DNA of 32,000 nt from Acinetobacter wanghuae (GTDB lineage Bacteria; Pseudomonadota; Gammaproteobacteria; Pseudomonadales; Moraxellaceae). The notes beneath the pieces are model-generated. The model saw only the letters and a program-made list of their open reading frames with translations, was not told the DNA's origin and did not search any database. Each line of letters starts with the position of its first letter. Within the stretch, counting starts at the first letter, position 1. Below, one piece after another: positions 25,623-32,000 of this stretch. A program made the translations under genes and the position numbers. Location of the stretch: positions 930,001-962,000 of the forward strand of contig NZ_CP045650.1 in NCBI RefSeq assembly GCF_009557235.1. Direction: 5' to 3'.

Positions 25623-27179
25623 ATGCGGCTCTTAGCAGTTGAACACCTTAAGATTCAAACTGATCAGCAGGTTTTGGTCGATGATTTAAGCTTTGAGCTA
25701 AATGCAGGAGAAACGCTGGCAATTGTCGGTGAAAGTGGCTCAGGCAAATCGGTCAGTAGTTTGGCTTTATTGGGGCTATTACCGCAAAATTTAAAAATTT
25801 CAGGTCAGGCAATTTTTGCAGGACAAAATCTGTTGCAGTTGAAGGGTGAACAGCAGCGGCAAATTCGTGGCAAGAAAATCGCCATGATTTTTCAAGAGCC
25901 GATGACTGCACTTAATCCTTTGCATCGAGTGGAAAAGATCATTGCAGAAACTTTATGGCTGCAAGGTTACTCTAAAGCCAAGGCGCGTGAACGCGTGCTG
26001 AAGCTGCTTCATGATGTAGGTATTGCAAATGCTGAAGATAAACTGAAGCGTTATCCACATGAGTTATCGGGTGGGCAACGGCAACGTGTCATGATTGCAA
26101 TGGCACTTGCGCTTGATCCTGATATTTTAATCGCCGATGAACCAACCACTGCACTAGATGTCACTTTACAAGCGCAAATTTTAGATTTACTGCAATCTTT
26201 ACAGCAAAGCCGTCAAATGGCGATGATTTTGGTCAGTCATGATTTAAATTTGGTAAAGCAATACGCAGATCAAGTCATCGTCATGAACAAGGGTAAGGTT
26301 GAAGAGCAAGGTGATGTGGCGCAAATTTTTAATCAGCCAAAATCGACATATACCCAACATTTGCTTAATCATGATTTTGGACAAGCACTTCAAGTGAGTG
26401 CTCAAGAGACTTTACTTCGCTTGGAGCAGCTAGAGGTCAAATTCCCGATTAAACAAGGTCTATTGAATCGAGTAAAAGACTACGTTGTTGCAGTTGAGCC
26501 ACTTGAACTGACACTTCAACAAGGTGAGTCGATTGGCATTGTGGGAGAAAGTGGTTCTGGTAAAAGTTCCTTGGCACTCGCCATTGCGCGCTTGATTGAA
26601 AGTCACGGAAAAATTCGACTCAAAGAACATGATCTCAATCAGCTTTCTGAGAAAGCGTTGCGTCCGTTACGCAGTGATTTTCAAATTGTGTTTCAAGACC
26701 CCTTCAGTAGTTTAAATTCGCGTATGACGGTTGAGCAGATTATTGGTGAGGGTTTGAGGTTGAAGGCTTTATCCAAAGATCAGATTTCAATGCATGTCGA
26801 TGAGGCCTTGGCAAAAGTGGAGTTACCAATCCACTTTAAGCCGCGTTATCCGCATGAGTTATCGGGTGGGCAGCGACAACGTATCGCACTCGCACGTGCT
26901 TTAGTGTTGAAACCGAAGTTGCTCATTCTCGATGAGCCGACCTCTGCCTTAGATCGAACCACACAACGTGCAATTGTGCTGTTGTTACGCCGTCTACAAC
27001 AAGATGAACAGATGAGTTACTTGTTTATTAGTCACGACCTAAAAGTGGTACGTGCTTTGTGTCAGAAAGTGTTGGTATTGCATCATGCCAAAGTGATGGA
27101 GTTTCAAGAAACTGAACAGCTCTTTGAGCATCCACAAACCGAATATACCCAAGCATTGATTGCAGCAAGCCAATATTAA
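25623..27179 (+). CDS. yejF: ABC transporter ATP-binding protein with two fused ATPase domains (YejF-like)
   Basis: I prefer the ATG at 25623, immediately after the yejE stop. There are two Walker A motifs (GESGSGKS twice), two signature motifs (LSGGQRQR twice) and two Walker B motifs (ILIADEPT and LLILDEPT). Confidence 0.9.
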   Translation: MRLLAVEHLKIQTDQQVLVDDLSFELNAGETLAIVGESGSGKSVSSLALLGLLPQNLKISGQAIFAGQNLLQLKGEQQRQIRGKKIAMIFQEPMTALNPLHRVEKIIAETLWLQGYSKAKARERVLKLLHDVGIANAEDKLKRYPHELSGGQRQRVMIAMALALDPDILIADEPTTALDVTLQAQILDLLQSLQQSRQMAMILVSHDLNLVKQYADQVIVMNKGKVEEQGDVAQIFNQPKSTYTQHLLNHDFGQALQVSAQETLLRLEQLEVKFPIKQGLLNRVKDYVVAVEPLELTLQQGESIGIVGESGSGKSSLALAIARLIESHGKIRLKEHDLNQLSEKALRPLRSDFQIVFQDPFSSLNSRMTVEQIIGEGLRLKALSKDQISMHVDEALAKVELPIHFKPRYPHELSGGQRQRIALARALVLKPKLLILDEPTSALDRTTQRAIVLLLRRLQQDEQMSYLFISHDLKVVRALCQKVLVLHHAKVMEFQETEQLFEHPQTEYTQALIAASQY

Positions 27180-27280
27180 AAGATACAAATCACTGCAAGA
27201 TAATCTGACATGAGACATTGTCAATGATGTTTGGTTGGGCTATAACACATGCAAATAAAACAAAAGTATCAGGATTGATC

Positions 27281-28524
27281 ATGAGCCAAATTGGTGACAC
27301 GCGAAGCATACGAGACATTCATTTTAAAAATAGAATTATTAAAGGGGCAATGAGTGAAGCACTTGCGAATACTGCAGGTACGCCAAATGATGCACATTTC
27401 AAACTCTATGAAGCTTGGGCAAAAGGTGGTTTAGGCTGTGCCATTACTGGAAATGTTATGGTGGACTATCGTGCCAAAAATGAACCGGGCGTGGTGGTGG
27501 TAGAAACTGAGCGTGATTTAGATGCCTTGCGTCAGTGGGCAGACGTCGGTCAGCGTTATGGCATGGTGCAATTAGTACAGCTGTCACATCCGGGTCGTCA
27601 GTGTCCAAAGGGATTAAATAAAGAAACAGTTGCACCTTCCGCAGTGCCCTTTAGTCCTGCACTTGCCATGAGCTTTGGGACACCACGCGCACTGCGTGAA
27701 GATGAAATCCAAGACATTATTCAACGTTTTGCAACATCAGCTGCCATTTGTGAGAAAGCAGGATTTGAAGGTGTGCAGTTGCATGGCGCACATGGTTATC
27801 TCATCAGCCAGTTTATCGCCACTGACCAATAAGCGTCAAGATCAGTGGGGCGGCAGTATTGAAAATCGCACACGCTTCTTACTTGAGATTTATCAAGCAG
27901 TACGGGCAGCAACTTCGGATAAATTTATCATTTCAGTAAAATTAAATTCAGCTGATTTTCAGCGGGGTGGAATGACCGAAGATGACGTGCTGTATGTTTT
28001 TAAAGCCATTGATGACGCGGGTATTTGATCTGATTGAAATATCAGGCGGAAGTTATGAAGCGCCAGCGATGGCAGGTGTTAAACAAGATCAACGTAAAGC
28101 ATCGACCATTGCGCGCGAAGCGTATTTCTTGGATTTTGCCGATAAAATTCGCAAAGAAGTCAAATGTCATCTTATGGTGACCGGTGGCTTTAGAACCGTA
28201 GCAGGCATGAATGCAGCCTTGGCAAGTGGTGCGTGTGATTTTATCGGTATTGCGCGTCCATTTGCGGTAGAAACAGATTTAGGCAATAAATTGATTGCAG
28301 GGCAAGACGTGCGTTATGCCGTTGATAAAATTAAAACGGGCATTCCGATGATTGATAAAATGGCAATCATGGAAATTATTTGGTATGCAGCGCAGTTTAA
28401 AGAAATTGCTAAGGGAAATCAGCCCAATCCCAAACTTTCACCGTTAAAAGTGTTTTTGCATTATTTAAAAGGCAATGTCAAAGCTGTGATTAAAGGGCAA
28501 TTAAATTCACGCAAATCTGCTTAA
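27281..28524 (+). pseudogene. NADH:flavin oxidoreductase (Old Yellow Enzyme / NemA family) interrupted by two frameshifts
   Basis: One OYE-like protein is spread over three frames. ...VQLHGAHGYLISQF stops at 27830-27832 and continues in another frame as LSPLTNKRQDQWGGSIENRTRF.... That segment, ...FKAIDDAGI, stops at 28026-28028 and continues in a third frame as DLIEISGGSYEAPAM...GFRT...DFIGIARPF.... The frame changes lie near 27812-27816 and 28024-28026. Confidence 0.8.
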
Positions 28525-28528
28525 TGAT

Positions 28529-29239
28529 TTAGGCACGCGTCATTGACCAATAATATTGAAATTGATCGGCATTCCAAGCACCAATCTTCAGCGATTGTTG
28601 GAATGCGGGTCGAGCCTCTAAATCATTCAAATAGCGTATTAATGCCGAGTATTGCTCAAATCGCGGAAAAGCATATTTTGCAGCATGCAAAGGAAACCAC
28701 AATAGAATATCTGCATAGCTAAACGTATTGCCTGCAAGCCAGTGATGGCTTTCTAAATGGCGGTTTAACTGCTTAAGTTGTATTTTTAATTCGGGATCGA
28801 GATAACTCCGATTTAAACCGAATTTATAAAGCTGACTCATGGGGCGAACAAGCCAAGGCGTATGTACAACAATTTGTTGAAAGACTTGTTTCAATGCGAG
28901 TAAAGGCATCAGGCTCGCATCGACATAATGTTTATAAAAACAAAAATCGAGACCTGCTTCATCCGCTAAATTGACGCCTAATTTTTGTTGCTGCTGACAT
29001 AGATATTCTATAATCGCACTGCTTTCAGTGAGTGTAATCGTTGTATTTTTATCGATAATTTCCAATGTCGGAAATTTCATTGCATTATTTTTTGTGGAGA
29101 CAACTTTCTTAGCGTTTTTCTTGGCGTTGGTTAGATTCGTCTCAGAGATGATAAGTTCATATGGGATATCAAGTTCTGCAAATAACCAGACAATACGCTG
29201 TGAACGTGAATTTGCTAAATGATAAAGTTTGAACTGCAT
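28529..29239 (-). CDS. Glutathione S-transferase family protein with a divergent G-site
   Basis: I prefer the ATG at 29239. The thioredoxin-like N-terminus is KLYHLANSRSQRIVWLFAELDIPYELI, followed by ESSAIIEYL and a helical C-terminal domain (FSYADILL). The region that usually carries the HPLGK(S/V)P motif is replaced here by a K/N-rich stretch. Confidence 0.65.
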   Translation of the reverse strand: MQFKLYHLANSRSQRIVWLFAELDIPYELIISETNLTNAKKNAKKVVSTKNNAMKFPTLEIIDKNTTITLTESSAIIEYLCQQQQKLGVNLADEAGLDFCFYKHYVDASLMPLLALKQVFQQIVVHTPWLVRPMSQLYKFGLNRSYLDPELKIQLKQLNRHLESHHWLAGNTFSYADILLWFPLHAAKYAFPRFEQYSALIRYLNDLEARPAFQQSLKIGAWNADQFQYYWSMTRA

Positions 29240-29301
29240 AAATGAGTGCAATTAATAACCGAGATGCTTCAGCATAATCATAAATACAATCAAATAGAAA
29301 T

Positions 29302-29335
29302 AAAAAATGAGATCCAATGGTCATTGGATCTCATT
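29302..29335 (-). terminator. Intrinsic terminator of the HDO-like gene
   Basis: On the minus strand, the 13-14 bp stem aatgagatccaatg / cattggatctcatt is followed by ttttttatttc. Confidence 0.85.
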
Positions 29336-29356
29336 CATTGAACTCGATCTTATGCT

Positions 29357-30772
29357 TTAGTGATAACGCATCGCTTGTGTTTGAAATGGAAATAACAAGC
29401 GACTTAGCTGTTGTGTTGCCCATAAACCCACGTCTTTATAGTGTAGGTGTGGTGCAATATAAGGGCTAAGTAACTCAATTTTTTCTTGAGTCGTCTCACA
29501 TAGATTTAAGCGATGCTTGATAGATGCAATGCTTTGTTGGGTGTGCGGGCTGCGATCCTTCAGAGATGCTTCATTTGCAGCGCTAGATGCGCTTAAACGG
29601 CGTGTATGTTGACTGCCTTGAATCCAATCTTTAATCATTTGTTTTTCAGTCGCATTAAACACACCAAACATTTTACCTTCAGCTTGATCAATTAAATTCC
29701 AGAAACGACTTTGCTCAACAGGTTGACCTTGAATAATCCAACCTTTATCCATCATCACTTTTAAGAAGTCTTGTATTTGATTTGGATCGGACAGCCATTC
29801 ATTAATACTTTTACCGCTAAACTGGCATTTTTGATTATGAATATATTGTCCAATTAGCGCTTTATTTTTGAAGACTTTCAATGCGAGTTTTTCAATATTT
29901 AATTCTTGAATGATCTGAGTTGAACTTTTACCGATATCATTCATTAAATAACCAATTTTGACTAATTCTAGATAGCGTGCTTGATCTTTAGCCATGGCGA
30001 AATTCTCAAGATAAGCCTTCAGCGATTTCTGCGCATGACCATTATGTGCATTATCAATGGTGATATGTACATTAAAATAATGAGGATCAATACCAAGCTC
30101 CGCCAATTCATAATTGGTAATCAGTAGATGCAAAGGCAATTGTTCATAGCCTAAGTTAAAGCCGATGACCAATGGCATCCATTCGCTTGGTGCATATGCT
30201 AAAGCCAGCTGAACCGTAGCTTGCTCATAATAAGCATCATCTAATTGCTCAGAAAAATCAGTTAATTCATAACGCTGTAACAGGTCTTGATACATGGTCA
30301 CATGATTGGCACGCGGATGTCCCATACCGAGTTCTTCAAGGTAGATATAAATTAGATTGCGAACTGACTCATTTTGGGATTGATGTAAAGTCGAATACAA
30401 CCATGCGCCATCGACCATTTTGACGGGAGCCACTTGATACAAAAACTCAAAAGCATGCGATACCGTTGGAAAGTATTCACGGGATGCATCGGTTTTGCGA
30501 CGAGCAACGTAGTCTTGAAAGCTTTGGCAAACCGTATGGTGCTGTTCTAGAAGATGCGCTTCAACCAAATGGGGATAATCGAGCCAATTGACTTGATCTG
30601 TATGGATCTCATTCATATATTGAATTAAAAATTGTTCTGATTTTTCAGTTTTAATTGTATTTGAGACCTGTTCATCTAGAAAAAAATCCACCCAATCCTT
30701 GTGATTTTTAAGACGCTGATGATGGTTTTTAGTATGAGATGCAGGTAAATAAAACGCTGTACTCGCGAACAT
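29357..30772 (-). CDS. Heme-oxygenase-like diiron oxidase/oxygenase (HDO; 'iron-containing redox enzyme') family protein with a C-terminal extension
   Basis: 471 aa, with the RBS aaggat upstream. The motifs are VKMVDGAWL, YLEELGMGHPRANH (E147-x9-H157), GYEQLPLH (E210) and HITIDNAHNGH (H236-x3-D240-x2-H243). Together these give a complete six-residue carboxylate/histidine diiron ligand pattern on a helical scaffold. Confidence 0.6.
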   Translation of the reverse strand: MFASTAFYLPASHTKNHHQRLKNHKDWVDFFLDEQVSNTIKTEKSEQFLIQYMNEIHTDQVNWLDYPHLVEAHLLEQHHTVCQSFQDYVARRKTDASREYFPTVSHAFEFLYQVAPVKMVDGAWLYSTLHQSQNESVRNLIYIYLEELGMGHPRANHVTMYQDLLQRYELTDFSEQLDDAYYEQATVQLALAYAPSEWMPLVIGFNLGYEQLPLHLLITNYELAELGIDPHYFNVHITIDNAHNGHAQKSLKAYLENFAMAKDQARYLELVKIGYLMNDIGKSSTQIIQELNIEKLALKVFKNKALIGQYIHNQKCQFSGKSINEWLSDPNQIQDFLKVMMDKGWIIQGQPVEQSRFWNLIDQAEGKMFGVFNATEKQMIKDWIQGSQHTRRLSASSAANEASLKDRSPHTQQSIASIKHRLNLCETTQEKIELLSPYIAPHLHYKDVGLWATQQLSRLLFPFQTQAMRYH

Positions 30773-30932
30773 GTATTTTATCCTTGCCTACGTATTGATT
30801 GATTACCTTATCTTTTCAACCGCAGCGAGGGTGTTTATATTTTGTTCGTATTTATGAGTGGATTGCATCACTTTTGAAAAGCTAAGTAATTTTACCTAGC
30901 AAGCCCATAAAAACAGAAAGGCTAAAAAGCAA

Positions 30933-30960
30933 AAAGCCCAAGTCGCAATGCTTGGGCTTT
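30933..30960 (-). terminator. Intrinsic terminator of the tRNA-Glu array
   Basis: On the minus strand, the stem aaagcccaag / cttgggcttt has a 7-nt loop and is followed by a T-rich tract (tttgcttttt). Confidence 0.75.
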
Positions 30961-30997
30961 CTGCTGAAATCATGTTGAATCAAAATGATTTCGAATA

Positions 30998-31073
30998 TGG
31001 CGTCCCTACGGGGATTCGAACCCCGGTTACCGCCGTGAAAGGGCGATGTCCTAGGCCTCTAGACGATAGGGAC
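30998..31073 (-). tRNA. tRNA-Glu (anticodon UUC), copy 3 of 3 in transcription order
   Basis: The minus strand reads GTCCCTATCGTCTAGAGGCCTAGGACATCGCCCTTTCACGGCGGTAACCGGGGTTCGAATCCCCGTAGGGACGCCA. This is near-identical in architecture to E. coli tRNA-Glu, the anticodon loop is CUUUCAC, and the CCA end is encoded. Confidence 0.95.
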
Positions 31074-31116
31074 AGCGTGAAGTAAGTATTTGTAAAACGA
31101 TTAACTTTGCAGTTAA

Positions 31117-31192
31117 TGGCGTCCCTACGGGGATTCGAACCCCGGTTACCGCCGTGAAAGGGCGATGTCCTAGGCCTCTAGACGATAGGGAC
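31117..31192 (-). tRNA. tRNA-Glu (anticodon UUC), copy 2
   Basis: The 76-nt sequence is identical to the copy at 30998-31073. The spacer between them is 43 nt. Confidence 0.95.
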
Positions 31193-31218
31193 TAAATACA
31201 AACATTACTTCTGAAAAT

Positions 31219-31294
31219 TGGCGTCCCTACGGGGATTCGAACCCCGGTTACCGCCGTGAAAGGGCGATGTCCTAGGCCTCTAGACGATAGGGAC
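31219..31294 (-). tRNA. tRNA-Glu (anticodon UUC), copy 1 (promoter-proximal)
   Basis: The 76-nt sequence is identical to the other two copies. The spacer to copy 2 is 26 nt. Confidence 0.95.
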
Positions 31295-31311
31295 GTTTCA
31301 GAGGTGGGCGT

Positions 31312-31340
31312 ATATTAGGGTGAAAATAGAGGGGTGTCAA
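31312..31340 (-). promoter_or_regulatory. Strong sigma70 promoter of the tRNA-Glu operon with a GC-rich discriminator
   Basis: On the minus strand: TTGACA (31340-31335), a 17-nt spacer, then TAATAT (31317-31312), followed by acGCCCACC before the tRNA 5' end at 31294. A long A/T-rich tract upstream (31341-31420) is consistent with an UP element or Fis-type region. Confidence 0.75.
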
Positions 31341-31585
31341 ACACTTTTCTACAGGTATTTTCAGGTTTTTGATGTGTTCGTATGAAAAAAAATCATTTTT
31401 CTATTTTTTGATGAAAATTAACGCATTTTAAGCAGGGAAATAAGCAAAATGATTCATCATAAAATTTTTATCGTTCATAAGTACATGTTGTATTTTCTGA
31501 TTTATTTTTACTGTTTGATTGATTCTTAAGCTTTAACTACAAAATGTTATCAGTGGATATACAAGTAAGATGAATTCTTTCAAAT

Positions 31586-31613
31586 AAAAAGAGCGACCAA
31601 AGTCGCTCTTTTT
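31586..31613 (-). terminator. Intrinsic terminator after the amino-acid permease gene
   Basis: The stem aaaaagagcgac / gtcgctcttttt has a 4-nt loop and A/T runs on both sides, so it could act in either direction. Confidence 0.8.
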
Positions 31614-31627
31614 AGATCATAACTGAA

Positions 31628-32000
31628 TTATGCTTTTTTATGATAGAAAGCATAATAGCTTGCATAGCATACCGCGATAAACGCTAAACATAAGAAGAAG
31701 CTGATTTGTAACGATGGATCAAACACCATACTGATACAGGTAATTAAGCAGAACAAGAAACCAAGAATTGGCACAATGGGGAACAGGGGTGCTGCAAAGC
31801 CCAATTCTTCTTTGGTATGACCGTCTTTATACCATTGACGACGGAAATTGAATTGGCTTAAACAAATACTCATCCACACAACCACCATGGTAAATGCGGC
31901 AATACCCAATAAGTTTGTGAAAATGGTTTCAGGTGCAAATTGTTCAGACAATAGACCCGGCAAACCACCAATCATGGTGACAATGACAGCCACATACGGA
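31628..32000 (-). CDS. Amino acid permease (APC superfamily), C-terminal fragment; the gene continues beyond the window
   Basis: The frame is open to the window edge. There are three or four hydrophobic TM segments and a short basic tail, YHKKA. The pattern FRRQW...G...L.F.AP.FP is typical of AroP/LysP/CycA-type permease C-termini. Confidence 0.7.
   Translation of the reverse strand, partial: PYVAVIVTMIGGLPGLLSEQFAPETIFTNLLGIAAFTMVVVWMSICLSQFNFRRQWYKDGHTKEELGFAAPLFPIVPILGFLFCLITCISMVFDPSLQISFFLCLAFIAVCYASYYAFYHKKA

Noticed and set aside
27675-28028. A 117-aa ORF, and the 204-aa and 180-aa ORFs beside it, taken as three separate genes.
   Set aside because: Read together they form one collinear OYE-family protein with motifs in the correct order. 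They are fragments of a frameshifted gene, not independent genes.
27281-30997. Possible tRNA-associated genomic islet (OYE pseudogene, GST and HDO gene next to the tRNA-Glu array).
   Set aside because: I found no integrase, no partial duplication of the tRNA 3' end to serve as an att site, and no mobility genes. Composition is only modestly AT-rich by eye. The evidence is insufficient.
30998-31294. Three identical 76-bp direct repeats with short unique spacers, which superficially resemble a CRISPR array.
   Set aside because: The repeats fold as canonical tRNA-Glu cloverleaves with CCA ends. A 76-bp repeat is too long for CRISPR, the spacers are 26 and 43 nt, and no cas genes are present.
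31449-31529. A 26-codon hydrophobic small ORF (MIHHKIFIVHKYMLYFLIYFYCLIDS) with aggga upstream, a possible type I toxin-like peptide.
   Set aside because: It lies in very AT-rich DNA, where Phe/Ile/Tyr-rich ORFs of this length arise by chance. I see no antisense RNA signature and cannot assess conservation. It also sits in the likely UP/Fis region of the tRNA promoter.

Overview
This window looks like a mostly core chromosomal segment of an Acinetobacter-like (Moraxellaceae) gammaproteobacterium. That assignment is an inference from an AT-rich sequence, the gene content and a fused rnhA-dnaQ gene.

Gene order, left to right:
- SAM-dependent methyltransferase.
- 6S RNA, zapA and a ZapB-like coiled-coil gene on the minus strand, diverging from ygfB-pepP.
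- A GAF-GGDEF diguanylate cyclase and a DUF378 membrane protein, which sit between pepP and ubiH-ubiI.
- An ~0.86 kb IS5-family insertion sequence whose transposase needs a -1 frameshift.
- A small acidic SutA-like protein, then rsmI, yraN, a BON-domain lipoprotein and an alpha/beta hydrolase.
- nudC coupled to a FimL-like protein, then the fused RNase HI / Pol III epsilon gene.
- A 1098-aa MltD-type lytic transglycosylase carrying 8 LysM modules.
- A yejABEF-type peptide ABC importer.
- An Old-Yellow-Enzyme-type oxidoreductase broken by two frameshifts, a GST-like gene and an orphan heme-oxygenase-like diiron oxidase (HDO) candidate.
- Three tandem tRNA-Glu(UUC) genes behind a near-consensus promoter, and the 3' end of an amino-acid permease.

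I found no CRISPR array, no rRNA and no recognisable defence, toxin-antitoxin or phage module. I could not support a new multi-gene system. The most interesting single items are the orphan HDO-type enzyme, the rnhA-dnaQ fusion, the LysM-expanded MltD, the FimL-like/nudC pair and the ZapB-like/zapA/6S RNA locus. All homology calls rest on motifs I recognised by eye, not on searches.
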